From positions 316,982 to 380,981 of the forward strand of contig NMRA01000377.1 of NCBI GenBank assembly GCA_002633005.1: 64,000 nucleotides of DNA. The letters are read 5' to 3'. Of the stretch, positions 42,701-57,700 are shown one piece after another (position 1 is the first letter of the stretch; each line of letters opens with the position of its first letter). A program made the position numbers and the translations under genes. The stretch is from Phoronis australis (Eukaryota; Animalia; Phoronida). The notes beneath the pieces were generated by a model. That model did no database searches and was not told where the DNA came from. It was given only the letters and a program-made list of their open reading frames with translations.

Positions 42701-45700
42701 AAACTATTGTTGTTAATCACTGGATCAAACAAGTTGAATATGAAACTATAAAAGAAATCCTAGTGGAATCATGGGTTAAGGAAAATCAACAACTAACCAA
42801 CTCCTCCACCCTAAGAATCAGCATTGTTGAAGTTCAAAATGGTTTTGGAGTAAACAGGTACTGTTTTGATTTCAATTCTATGCAACTCCAGTAGTGTTTG
42901 TAGAGTAAATGTGCTCGTACTGCTGTTTTGTATAACTTATGTCGCTCCAATAGTAAGGATGCAAAGTGAATGAAGCAAACATTACAAAAGATGACCTTTT
43001 AAGAGTTTAACGCTTTTAATAGCTCATAGATCAAGTGCTAATAAACATTTACTCTAAAAAGCTCAGCGGAATGTGTTCTGAAGACGTAAGAAATATGAGA
43101 AAATGCAAGATATTACCCTGCATTCCGATCAAATCACGTAATCACTCTAGCCTTTATGGGGGTGTCTACGGAAAAATCGGGGGTCTGTTTCAGAAAAAGT
43201 GACTGAAGACTAATTCCGAATTTTATCTTCAACTCTTCACGTCTATTTCTGAATATAACTACCCATTGCAAGATGTTAAGTATCTGAGAATATTCATATG
43301 ACTGCCAGATGCTGAGGTAATTTTGTAAACTATTTTCTGGCTGTGGTGCACTCATAATTAATTGACTAAACCTTCATTCAGCTATTGCTTTTCAGTGTCA
43401 AGGTAACGTACATCAGATACAATGTGGAGATTCTGATTACTGGTATTTTGGTGACTGATATAAAGGAACCTACATCTTCAGCGATAGAGGAAATAGTCAA
43501 AACATCTAATGTTACCGTAACTATCTACACCAAAGAAGTTAAGCTCACGGAATATCACTTTGTTATTGTGCTGATTGGAGATGTCACAGAAACACGGATC
43601 CGTGAGGTCTGGGAACTACGCTACCCTCGTAAGTATCACCAACTAGCAAACGTTCCGATTACTTGAATTTTTAACAATATATTCCAGGTAAACTGGTCGT
43701 AATACTCATACTTCGTGACCTACATTATAATTCATGCTTGTGGATTTTTTCAGGTTATATTCAGTGTAGCTGCCTTGAAATCAAGATTGTGAAAAAGACT
43801 GTTATCAGGTAAGACCCAATTTACCTAAAAACCAATCTATAGCTTACAAAAAGTATTGGATATGTGGGTATTTACATTGTTGAGCATTGTTGTTACATGT
43901 GCGTGCATGTTTGGTGACTGTTTCCTCTAAAAAATAATCTCAAGACGATGTATAAGCCTGAGTTGAAACGAGTGCTAATGGATTTCAATGTAATCTAAAA
44001 TATCTCGATGGCATTACAAAAATTCAGTCAAGTTTATCCTTTTTCCAGACTGAACACCTATGAAGTTACATACTTTGTCCTTGAGAATAACACAGTCATC
44101 GATCCTCGTGTAATAACCCCACCGACAGCTGCAAACCAATCAACACCAAGCTCTCAGATCACAGTGACAACTCCAGAGCAAATTGGCAACTTGACAACTG
44201 CTAAGACAATGAAGTCATCAATGGGCGTCACTGCTACTACCCAGTCCATGGAATTCTCCAAAACTACACAAAACACCAATGAAGTTGGAGTAACGACAGA
44301 AACAACGCCAAACGTTTTGAAAACTACAACTNCATCGATCCTCGTGTAGTAACCCCACCGACAGCTGCGAACCAATCAACACCAAGCTCTCAGATCACAG
44401 TGACAACTTCAGAGCAAATTGGCAACTTGACAACTGCTAAGACAATGAAGTCATCAATTGGCGTCACTGCTACTACCCAGTCCATGAAAGTCTCCAAAAG
44501 TACACAAAACACCAATGAAGTTGGAGTAACGACAGAAACAACGCCAAACGTTTTGAAAACTACAACTGTGCCAGCCGTGAACGTAATCACAAACAAAACT
44601 ATTGTTGTTAATCACTGGATCAAACAAGATGAATATGAAACTATAAAAGAAATCCTAGTGGAATCATGGGTTAAGGAAAATCAACAACTAACCAACTCCT
44701 CTACCCTAAGAATCAGTATTCTTGAAGTTCAAAATGGTTTTGGAGTAAACAGGTACTGTTTTGATTTCAAATCTATGCAACTCCAGTAGTGTTTGTAGAG
44801 TAAATGTGTTTGTACTTCTGTTTTGTATAACTTATGTCGCTCCAATAGTAAGGATGCAAAGTGAATGAAGCAAACATTACAAAAGATGACCTTTTAAGAG
44901 TTTAACGCTTTTAATAGCTCAAAGATCAAGTGCTAATAAACATTTACTCTAAAAAGCTAAGCGGAATGCGTTCTGAAGACGTAGGAAATGAGGGAAAATG
45001 AGAGATATTACCCTGCATTCCGATCAATTCACGTAATCACTCTAGCCTTTATGGGGGTGTCTACGGAAAAATCGGGTGTCTGTTTCAGAAAAAGCGACTG
45101 AAGACTTTAATTCCGAATTTGATCTTCAACTCTTCACGTCTATTTCTGAATATAACTACCCATTGCAAGATGTTAAGTATATGAGAATATTCATATGACT
45201 GCCAGATGCTGAGGTAATTTTGTAAACTATTTTCTGACTGCGGTGCACTCATAATAATTGACTAAACCTTCATTCAGCTATTGCTTTTCAGTGTCGAGGT
45301 AACGTACATCAGATACAATGTGGAGATTCTGATAACTGGTATTTTGGTGACTGATATAAAGGAACCTACAGCGTCAACGATAGAGGAAATAGTCAAAACA
45401 TCTAATGTTACCGTAACTATCTACACCAAAGAAGTTAAGCTCACGGAATATCACTTTGTTATTTTGCTGATTGGAGATGTCACAGAAACACGGATCCGTG
45501 AGGTTTGGGAACTACGCTACCCTCGTAAGTATCACCAACTAGCAAACGTTCCGATTACTTGAATATTTAACAATATATTCCAGGTAAACTGATCGATATA
45601 CTCATACTTCGTGACCTCAATTATAATTCATGCTTGTGGATTTTTTCAGGTTATATTCAGTGTAGCTGCCTTGAAATCAAGATTGTGAAAAAGACTCTTA

Positions 45701-48700
45701 TCACGTAAGACCCAATTTACCTAAAAAACAATCTATAGCTTACAAAAAGTTTTGGATATGTGGGTATTTACATTGTTGAGCATTGTTGTGACATGTGCGT
45801 GGATGTTTGGTGACTGTTTCCTCTCAAAAATAACCTCAATACGATGTATAAGACTGAGTGGAAACGAGTGCTAATGGATTTCAATGTAATCTAAAATATC
45901 TCGATGGCATTACAAAAATGAAGTCAAGTTTATCCTTTTTCCAGACTGAACACCTATGAAGTGACATACTTTGTCCTTGAGAATAACACAGTCATCGATC
46001 CTCGTGTAGTAACCCCACCGACAGCTGCGAACCAATCAACACCAAGCTCTCAGATCACAGTGACAACTCCAGAGCAAATTGGCAACTTGACAACTGCTAA
46101 GACAATGAAGTCATCAATTGGCGTCACTGCTACTACCCAGTCCATGGAAGTCTCCAAAACTACACAAAACACCAATGAAGTTGGAGTAACGACAGAAACA
46201 ACGCCAAACGTTTTGAAAACTACAACTGTGCCAGCCGTGAACGTAATCACAAACAAAACTATTGTTGTTAATCACTGGATCAAACAAGTTGAATATGAAA
46301 CTATAAAAGAAATCCTAGTGGAATCATGGGTTAAGGAAAATCAACAACTAACCAACTCCTCTACCCTAAGAATCAGTATTCTTGAAGTTCAAAATGGTTT
46401 TGGAGTAAACAGGTACTGTTTTGATTACAATTCTATGTAACTCCAGTAGTGTTTGTAGAGTAAATGTGTTCGTACTTCTGTTTTGTATAACTTATGTCGC
46501 TCCAATAGTAAGGATGCAAATTGAATGAAGCAAACATTACAAAAGATGACCTTTTAAGAGTTTAACGCTTTTAATAGCTCAGAGATCAAGTGCTAATAAA
46601 CATTTACTCTAAAAAGCTAAGCGGAATGCGTTCTGAAGACGTAAGAAATGTGAGAAAATACAAGATATTACCCTGCATTCCGATCAATTCACGTAATCAC
46701 TCCAGCCTTTATCGCGGTATCTACGGAAATATAGGGGGTCTGTTTCAGAAAATGTGACTGAAGACTTTAATTCCGAATTTTATCTTGATCTCTTCACGTC
46801 TATTTCTGAATATAACTACCCATTGCAAGATGTTAAGTATATGAGAATATTCATATGACTGTCAGTTGCTGAGGTAATTTTGTAAACTATTTTTTGATTT
46901 GTGGTGAACTCATAATTAATTGACTAAACCTTCATTCAGCTATTGCTTTTCAGTATCGAGGTAACGTACATCAGATACAATGTGGAGATTTTGATAACTG
47001 GTATTTTGGTGACTGATATAAAGGAACCTACAGCGTCAACGATAGAGGAAATAGTCAAAACATCTAATGTTTCCGTAACTATCTACACCAAAGAAGTTAA
47101 GCTCACGGAATATCACTTTGTTATTTTGCTGATTGGAGATGTCACAGAAAAACGGATCCGTGAGGTCTGGGAGCTACGCTACCCTCGTAAGTATCACCAA
47201 CTAGCAAACGTTCCGATTACTTGAATATTTAACAATATATTCCAGGTAAACTGGTCGTAATACTCATACTTCGTGACCTACATTATTATTTTTGCTTGGG
47301 GATTTTTTCAGGTTATATTCAGTGTAGCTGCCTTGAAATCAAGATTGTGAAAAAGATTCTTATCAGGTAAGACCCAATTTACCTAAAAACCAATCTACAG
47401 CTTACAAAAAGTTTTTGATATGTGGGTATTTACATTGTTGAGCATTGTTGTTACATGCGCGTGGATGTTTGGTGACTGTTTCCTCTAAAAAATAATCTCA
47501 AGACGATGTATAAGCCTGAGTTGAAACGAGTGCTAATGGATTTCAATGTAATCTAAAATATCTCGATGGCATTACAAAAATAAATGAAGTCAAGTTTATC
47601 TTTTTCCAGACTGAACACCTATGAAGTGACATACTTTGTCCTTGAGAATAACACAGTCATCGATCCTCGTGTAGTAACCCCACCTACAGCTGCAAACCAA
47701 TCAACACCAAGCTCTCAGATCACAGTGACAACTCCAGAGCAAATTGGCAACTTGACAACTGNTTGTTTCGATCCAGGATATAAATCATTGAAAACATCGT
47801 ATTTTGAATTGCTTTTCAGTGTCGAGGTTACTTATATCCGATACAATGTGGAGATTCTGGTAACTGGTGTTTTGGTGACTGATGTAAAAGAACCTACCTT
47901 GGCGACGATAGAGCAAATACTCATTACATCTAACGTGACCATAAAAATCTACACCAAAGAAGTTAAGCTCATGGAATATCACTTTGTTATTGTGCTGATT
48001 GGAGATGTCACAGAAACACGGATCCGTGAGGTCTGGGAAATACGCTACCCTCGTAAGTATCACCAACTACAGATGTATCAAACGTCCTGATAACTTACAT
48101 TTTTATAACCCATATGTTCCAGACTGTGATTAACACTGACGATTCGTGTTCTGTCATTATACTATATGTTTATATAATTCTTTCCAGGATTTGTTGAATG
48201 TGGCTGCCTTCAAATCAAGATTGTCAAAAAGACGACTATCAAGTAAGACTTACCTTGAGTAAAACAGAACCTAGAGCCTACAAATATTAGGGTTATGTGC
48301 GCATTTATATTGTTGAGCATTGTTGTTACATGTTTGTACGTCTTTGGTGGATGCTTCCTCTCAGCTGTGTAACAAACTTAATTGAAGAAAAATAGTCTCA
48401 ATGTGACGTAAGAACCTGGTTTGAACCGAGTCCTGATGGAATAGAGTGAAATCTACAATATTTTTGTGACATCACAAAATGAGGTCAATTCTATTCTTTT
48501 CCAGACTGAACACCTATGAAGTGATATACTTTGTCCTAGAGAATAACACAGTCATCGATCCTCGTGTAGTAACTCCACCGGCAGCTTCGAACCAATCAAC
48601 GCCAAGCTCTCAGATCACAGTGACAACTCCAGAGCAAATTGGCAACTTGACAACTGCCCAGACAGTGAAATCGTCACTAGGCGCCACTTCTACTACCCAG

Positions 48701-51700
48701 TCCATGGAAGTCTCCACAACTGCACCGGCAGCTGCGAACCAATCAACACCAAGCTCTCAGATTACAGTGACAACTCCAGAGCACATTGGGAACTTGACAA
48801 CTGCCAAGACAATGAAATCATCACTAGGTGCTACTGCTAGCACCTCAACTTACATCGGTGACCGCACGACCATGAGCCTGAAGTCAACGATTACTCCACC
48901 CACACACGTTACCGCTGACGTCAACAGCACATCAACAACAAGGTCAACATTGACCAACGTGCTAAGGAGCATTACCGTTACAGTAACCAACTGGATAGAA
49001 GATATCAATATAGAAATTGTGAAGACGGTGTTAGTGGACGCTTGGATCACAGTCAACCCTGTCTTACGACAAGAACTGAGGATTCACATCGTAACAACTG
49101 AAAACAGATTAACACTATTTGGGTAAGTGGTAATGGTTTTTCTACTGGTTGTATACCTGTATTGGTTTTACATTCGTCCCAGAGAAACACAACCCTAGTG
49201 GTTGATGTAGACCTATGTCTTAAGCAGAGATTGATTGTGTTTTTATGCAATTTGTTTTGTATTTTTGCAGAAAAAAAGCTACGTTAATCACGTATGACCT
49301 AGAAGTATTGAGATTGCAGTTCAATCTACACAACCTCACAACTCCGTCATCAACACTGATGGAGCAGACGTTCACAACTTACAACATGACCCTTTTCACG
49401 GGAACAGTCTTACGTACCGAATACCAGTACACTGTTACATTAGTCGGAGCAGTCACAAAAACTCAAGGAATCGAAATCATTCGGCATAACTGGCAGGTTA
49501 CGTATCCAGGTAATTCCATTTCAAATGTCCCTTATTAGTTTGCACTTCGCAACAAACCGTTGTGCGAAGTGAATTGATTGAAAATATGCAAGTTCAATTA
49601 CTCATTGAAGAGCCAGTGTGTTCTGGGGGGATGAGTGTTTACTTCCTTTACTCAAGGCCGTGGTCTCGAGTCCCACTGGAGCACACTGATAGACCCTTGA
49701 GTGAAGTCTCTAGGTCCCCAGCTTGGGTTTAATTGCAAATTAATACAGCAAAGAAATGGTTTCAGGTGTTCATAGCAATGGACTCACTTGAGCAGCCTAC
49801 GCACTTCTGACACAAGGCGCATCACACCGCCTGCAATTAATTATTTTTACTCGTTGAATGATGATATAGCAAGAGAGCCATCGGCACTGAAATCGGCCTC
49901 GGTTGCAGTCTCATCCCGAACGCTTAATTCCGCTAAATGAACCACAGAGGGCACTATGTGTCACACTGAGTCAGTGTACCGGAGTTGCTTAATTTGCTCG
50001 TTTATTATGTCACTTTGACGTTCTGGACCCATACAAATAAAATTAAAATGCCAAAATTAAAAGCAATAATAACATAATTGGGCCAGATTTGCATAGCACT
50101 GTAAATTACTAAGCACTTTGAAAATTATTGCTTTGCCATGGACCTGGCCAATCACCCTTCTGTACTTTCCGGAAGCATACAACAGGTGCAACCGTTGTCG
50201 GAACACACTGATTAATCAAAACCCACAATTTTGCAAAATTTTAGGTGCTACATTGCCCCCGTGGATTTTTTCCGCTTTAGGAGTTGGAAAGAATCCAAGA
50301 CCCCAAAAATTTTCAAAATCTGACGAGACTGAGCATATGTGGCCTCATCTATTCATGGGTTCAAATCACGTCATGTTAGTGGCATGTACGCCATCACTAA
50401 ACATACGAATACTTATCACTTCATATGTACTCATGATATTCACTTTGTTGCAGAATACAAAAATTGTGACTGCTTCAGAGTCGAGCTATATTCAATAACA
50501 GTCCAGTAAGTATATACAGCTGATTGTAGAACAAGGCAGTGTAGTACATGGAGCCGATTTCAAGTTGAATCTAAATTGGATTTTTAAGCTTTGTAAGGCA
50601 GTTTTGTTTATCCAAACATCCACCACTTACACAGTTAACACACAGATGCAATTTATTGGAATACCATACTGCGAAGTTTGTGTTCTTACAGCTGAAATGA
50701 GGACATCGAATGCGTTGTTCCTCAAAATTATTTTTATATTTTTCAGATTTTTCATCTCATAACATGAGACTTCCTGTTTACCGATTTACTGATGCTCTTT
50801 TATGTTTTTATCTTCGTATCTTCATTTTTCCAGGGTAAAAGACACAGTTGTCATCTATTTTGTGATAGCAAACGGAACGCAACTCAGCCCGTACAACGTC
50901 ACTCAGCCAACAAACTTCACAGGGATAAATGTGACAACAACGTCTCAGCCGACATTAGTCAGTAATATCACAACGCAAGTACCCCCGGCGACTTCTTTGA
51001 CAGCAACAAGTCCCTTGTCTACGGTATCAGGAATACTAACAACCGCAACAACAAGTACAGAAGCCCACACAAAAATGGTCATCACAACATCTTCAAGTTT
51101 GTTGAATGTGAGTACTGAAACTAATAATTTAACAAGGACAACGCCTGGAGATATTTCCTCGACAGTGCGGGAATCGTTCACGGCAGCAAGTCAGACGACA
51201 GGGCCAACTCCACTATCGGCGTCAAGCACATCGCAGGTAATAAATGTTACCTCTCAAGGAACAACGAGAATCACCACTACACTAGCAAGTACCACGTCGA
51301 AAGTATTGAGTACTGCAGCGCCACCTATCGACAGAATCTTCAATCAAACTGTGATGATAGTTGACTGGGTGGAGTATCATAGTTTGGAATTAATTGAGAA
51401 GGCCATTCGGCTGGCTTGGATTCAGACAAACGCACTGAACGTGTCGGAGAATGTTACCGTGCAGGTCAAACTTGTTGAGAACGCCATTGGAAACAAAGGG
51501 TTAGTATAAGCCATGCACATGCCTCCCCTATCTGTAATGTCGTTTTGCTCCTGCAGCTAATTTCAACATCTTCAGGACGTAAAAGTGCACGCACATGTAT
51601 AACTATAGTTTGCAATGAAAATCATTATGACCACTTGTATTTCTTCCACGTTTGTAAAGCATGACCCTACATTCGGCTACTCTCTGAGTATTCCGACGCC

Positions 51701-54700
51701 CTATTGGTTGGCCCAGGAATACTTGGTTCGTACATGCAATTCGACGTGAGTGGGTCAGATATTGCCCGTTTTACGCCACTGGCTCTTTCAGATTTTGCCT
51801 AATTTATCAACTCATTGACCCGTAGCCGGTTTTACATTTAGTGCCTTTATCACATGGTTTATGTTTGTGATATTTTAGCGTTTCCTTAATTTTTGAAAAT
51901 TTTCAAATTGACAGCAATTCATTAACGCTATGGTTACATAGCATTTTGTTCCCAATTAACAGTCGATTATTATTCTTTTGCTTTTTCAGATTGGAAGTTG
52001 TAATTATCAAGTACAACGTACATTTGGGCCTAAATCTTCACTCACTCAACATCTCCATCCCATCTCTTACCGACCTCCAGACGTCGCTTACATCAACGTC
52101 ATCAACACTTAAGCTTTATATCGGTGACGAACCAGTATTGGACCGACAGCTTTTTGAACTTAATATTTTGGGGCTCGTGAACCTGGAAAGCGTGAAACAT
52201 CAATTGGAAATTGAAATAGCTAATTCGTGGAAAACAGTGTATGAAGGTACGTTGATTAAAAAAGGCATTCATTCTTATGCACTATACGGCAAGAGTTAAG
52301 GTTGAAAATCATCATAGATCTAAGTTGGTATATTTTTCCCAATTGACTCTTTTAAACATGTAAGTGTACTGTCATATAGTGCCACCAGTTTTCAAAAACG
52401 TTACATTAATAGTTCGCTTCCATTCAGATTTGAAGACGTGTAGCTGCATCGAAGTCGTTGTGACGAAGGTTGATACACTATACGATGTTATGAGGTAGGT
52501 GCTCGGATTGATAGAGCTGTGAAGAAGCTTTGTACATTTNTTTATCACATGGTTTATGTTTGTGATATTTTAGCGTTTCCTTAATTTTTGAAAATTTTCA
52601 AATTGACAGCAATTCATTAACGCTATGGTTACATAGCATTTTGTTCCCAATTAACAGTCGATTATTATTCTTTTGCTTTTTCAGATTGGAAGTTGTAATT
52701 ATCAAGTACAACGTACATTTGGGCCTAAATCTTCACTCACTCAACATCTCCATCCCATCTCTTACCGACCTCCAGACGTCGCTTACATCAACGTCATCAA
52801 CACTTAAGCTTTATATCGGTGACGAACCAGTATTGGACCGACAGCTTTTTGAACTTAATATTTTGGGGCTCGTGAACCTGGAAAGCGTGAAACATCAATT
52901 GGAAATTGAAATAGCTAATTCGTGGAAAACAGTGTATGAAGGTACGTTGATTAAAAAAGGCATTCATTCTTATGCACTATACGGCAAGAGTTAAGGTTGA
53001 AAATCATCATAGATCTAAGTTGGTATATTTTTCCCAATTGACTCTTTTAAACATGTAAGTGTACTGTCATATAGTGCCACCAGTTTTCAAAAACGTTACA
53101 TTAATAGTTCGCTTCCATTCAGATTTGAAGACGTGTAGCTGCATCGAAGTCGTTGTGACGAAGGTTGATACACTATACGATGTTATGAGGTAGGTGCTCG
53201 GATTGAGAGAGCTGTGAAGAAGCTTTGTACATTTGTTGTGGTTATCTCGCGTTGCAAGTAAGCTTGTACACTTCCTTATCCGCACTTTACTTTAATAGGG
53301 GAAACTATACTGAAAGCAGAGTCACTTAAATCCGGGAGTCACATTTTAAAGGCTATGGCTAACTTTATTAAACACGACGTAAGGAAATTGCGTGGTTTCT
53401 CGCCACCTGACCTCACATCTATATTGGGATCTGACAAAAGTCTTAAAGAATGCCCCTCTAAGGTATGACTGTCATCCGATTTCAGAAAAGACATATCGCA
53501 GGTATCATATCTGGTTCGCATTAATCGCACGGTCGTTGAGCCTGAACAAAGATTGGCACCACCAGTTAATAAGACCAAACTGACAGGATACGAGGTCATC
53601 AGCGTTATACCCAGTCAGATACGAAACTACAAGGACTCCTACAGCCTCTTCCTGACTGGCTTGGTCAGTGGACAGATTGTCGACTCTGTGGTGTCTTCAC
53701 TGAATTCAACATGGGAAACAGTTCGTAAGGGTAAGCCATTATTAAAGATTTTCAAGAATAAAGCGATAGTATGCGTTACCTGTCTTGTTATTGGTGGCTT
53801 TCAAATTTTCTTGACGACAGTCGTCGGAAATGTCGTGTTCATAAATGACATCAATAGGGCGACTCCGAAGATCTGAGCACAAAAAATTACCAATCGTACT
53901 CGATACCTTTCGTTTTCGGTTTTGGTGAATTTAAACTCAAGTCTGTACAAGTCGCATTTAAGAGCCGGTTTGTGTTGAACATGCGTTGTTCTCTCCAAAA
54001 GAATTTCAATTGAAAATTGTCAGATTAGCTATGTAAAGCACTTTGATATTTGCACTGCCGTCTGTTTATGCTCATCTTGCAAAGAAACAGCAACGTGTAT
54101 ACATGGCTTCCTGCAATACTGCCCAGTAACGTCTTATGAAGTGCATCTGCGTAATATATTCTTCCACATATCACGCTGAGGGTACATCTTTTTCTTACGC
54201 TCTAAGTGTAACTCACTGGTTCGAGAGCTGTGTTCGTGACAATCACAGCTTACTCGAGAATCCACTAGAAAACTATTTGATCACATTTCGTAAACACACT
54301 TAAAACCAGGCAAAGGATTTTAAACCGAGTCTGGAGTGACGTTCGGTTATCCGAAGTCCCTGGAATATTGTCGCTTTCATGTCGAATAACTGAAGATTTT
54401 TTTTTTTCAGATTACGAGAGCTGCAAATGCTTTAACTTGGAAGTTGCCCAAGTTGGCAAGTTTGTTAATTCCAAAGGGTAAGTGCGGTTCGTACACTGAA
54501 CAATGTATTAAAAAGAGCAGATACTACAAGTCGTTATTGTCAAATGCGTACTAGATACAAGAATGTCTGCTAGGCACGGAGATTTTTAAATTTTACAACA
54601 CTTGCAAAGGAATGATCATGTTTTAACCAAAACATGAGCACGAACTTTAAAATTAGAACGTAAGTAAACAAAGACATATTGATCTGACGTTTTGGCTAAT

Positions 54701-57700
54701 TCGCTATAAACCATTTTCAAGCAAAGATTCACACTATTGACTAATGTGAGCTTTTGTCTTGAGAATGATTTGTAGTGAATAAAGTTTGTAAGGGAATGGA
54801 CGGAGAAAAGTGCTAGAGTAACAGAGGAGAGCTCTGCTCATTGACGGGAAAATGGCAATGCTAATACATGTTTCACCAATGGTTAAAGGCACTGGAAGTT
54901 CAAAAGGCGAGATTGGGCATAACGGTTTTGAGTTAGCCTTTAGGAATGGCACGATTTTGTGTTTTTGTTTTTTCAGGAAAGATGTGTCGCGAATCCGATA
55001 CTTTGTGGTAGTAAACCAAACTGTTGTGTCGTCAAAGCGAGAGGTTCCTGGTGCGTCCTTCCAGCAACTAATCGAGGAGAAAATAACCGATCTTCAACTA
55101 CGTGACGTTTATGGAGAAAAGTTGTCAGTATTGGGCAAGACTGAAATCTCTCAACTTCAAAGCATCAGCGATCTTAAGCAAGTCTTTGTTAAAGGACGCG
55201 TGGCGGATCGAAACATCAAGGCACTTAAAGCCGCCATATTGAACGCTTGGAACAAAGTATTTGGTAGGTCAGGTCTTTTGACACACACTTTAAGTAACAA
55301 TGATGAAGTATTAATCTTGCTTTACCTGAAATTATTTTGAAACTTAAATTTTTAGTGAAATCTACAAAGTCGTAGGCATAGCGGATATTATGGGACAGTC
55401 CAGTTTTGGTGATCTCCAAATAACATCAAAACTATTGACTGGTTGATTAATTCGAAGAAGACTACTGTTCAATCATCTTTTTTAGTAATTGCACCACGTT
55501 GTTTTTTCCAGGTCTTGTTGATGTTAACGTAATGAAGACAAAGACATTTGTAGATAATCGTCGGTGAGTAGAGTCAACGTTTTCTGGGCCATTTATTTCA
55601 GCATTGAAACTGCTTTTAAAATGAGGGATGTTTCTAATTGCACGTTTTGAGATTTTACTTCTTTAGCTTGTCATGTCTTTTTAGCGGTGTCATCACCTCT
55701 TTGGAGTATTCAGTGAAAAATGCTACCACCAACGCATCGATCGTAGAGAACGAGAACACAACAACAGACGTGCAGCGGCAACTGGAAATCGCAATCTCCT
55801 CCGTGAATCATACCAGGGGAGATAAGTACCAAGTGACGACTCTGGATCCTTCAACGTTAGGGTCACTTCAACCGTACAACCTACACTACTCACTCTTTAT
55901 TGTGGGCAAGATCTCTCGTAGCGACCTCTCTTATTACAAAGAATCTTTGAGATCCGCTTGGTTACTGGAATATCCAGGTAACTTTTAAAGCGCCTACTGT
56001 TACTTTTTGATGTTGTTATGTTCTAAACTGATTAGATTAATCATGCAGTGATCTTTCTGAGGTTCTGTTAAGTCCGCAGAAAATTAACGCCGGATCTCAT
56101 GATTCACAAAAAAAAACAAATATTTTAAATAGATTTCCCAGTAGCGCCTTTACCATACTGTGTAAACCAACTTTGTGCGACTGTGAGCCAATGAAATTCC
56201 AGGATCGCGCATAACTGGATGTTATAACATTACGTACTGCATTGAGTTCGAACTCTTATCACGGAAAATTTAATAGCGATTGAAGAAAACAAACAAATGG
56301 AAAAAATAGTAAGAGCGATTAAAAAGTCAGACACCAATACTTAACTAACATCATCACCATCACCATCACCATCACCATCACCATCATCATCACCATCACC
56401 ATCATCATCATCATCGGGCATCTATTGCAGTCTTCCAGTCGTTTTGTTGAAAGGTTAAATCAATGCTAACAACCAATGTTGTACTTCTTTAGATTTGACA
56501 AACTGTGGCTGCAACTTCACAATGGAATTTGGTCCACTGGAACAGTACGTTGGCGAGTTCAACTCTGAAGTTACTAAGATCACTTACTGGGTGAAACGAG
56601 ACAACGTCTTTGAATCCACGTTTACTCTCGCTGAACCGGCGCCCAATGAGTTGGAGAACGTCGTGAAGTCGTTTGGCGGCGCGTATGGTGTATACACCGG
56701 TACAGCTCCATCACCTATGACCGTGCAGTACTCGGTGGATGTCCTCGGAACCCTGCAATATTCAAACATTGTCACCATCATACAGGGCCTGAATCAGTCT
56801 TGGTCAAATTATTGTAAGTCAACAGGAATTCTTCCTTCGCTGATTCATAGGCGTTTCAATGAACTGGGAAGTGACAAAGTAAATTAGATTGCTGGAGGCT
56901 GTTCCAGTGCATAAAAGTAATGTAGTCGACGACTGATTGTCAAAACACTAGCAAGTACTCTGCGGAGGTTTCAAAGGAAATAGCATATACGTACTGGAGT
57001 CTATGTCTTACATTCGAAGAAAATCTTACCCCAGCTATTGGTTGTCGTATTTCCTTGAGTTGTAAATATCACGTTCTTTTTTCAGTGAAGACTGAATGCA
57101 ACGACTGTGCAGTACAAGTAAAAATTGGAAACAGCCGCAGCCTTCTTACATTGTCAAGGTAAAGACAACCTTTTACCTTGGATAGTCCTCTGCTAATGGC
57201 TAAATGTATCCTAAGCAGTTGCCCCACAGCAGGCTATCACTGGTCTTAGGAATTGTCTTTCATGTTTTGTTGCTATGATGCGTGCTGATAGTTCTACTGT
57301 ACACTGTGTTGCTATGATGCGTGCTGATAGTTTTACTGTACACTGTGTTGCTATGATGCGTGCTGATAGTTCTACTGTACACTGTGTTGCTATGATGCGT
57401 GCTGATAGTTCTACTGTACACTGTGTTGCTATGATGCGTGCTGATAGTTCTACTGTACACTTTGTGGGTCAAGATTGCCTTGGTTGCTTATCCTGATGAT
57501 GACTTATGAGACATCAAAACGTGTTGAAGTGGAAACATCTCGTTGTTTTATTAATAGTCACATACTTGTCTTCGGTGAGACCAGTTAACAATACCGGTTT
57601 CTAACAAACTCGGAGAAGAACAAATGACGAAAGTATTCCCACATGCGTTTTACTTGCCGATGTAGGCAGTGCTGGCTAAACATACTCCGTTCTGAAGTTA

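Noticed and set aside
35268-51181. Val-rich minus-strand ORFs (35268, 40166, 42495, 44390, 46050, 50945 etc.)
   Set aside because: Antisense shadows of Thr-rich (ACN) mucin exons.
56349-56415. Poly-His-encoding (CAT/CAC)n run
   Set aside because: No flanking splice sites or ORF; it lies in the intron between exons 55977 and 56493, which already join in phase.
57260-57496. Regular 39-bp repeat giving repetitive ORFs on both strands; superficially CRISPR-like
   Set aside because: Head-to-tail identical units with no unique spacers, inside an intron of a eukaryotic gene; an ordinary minisatellite.
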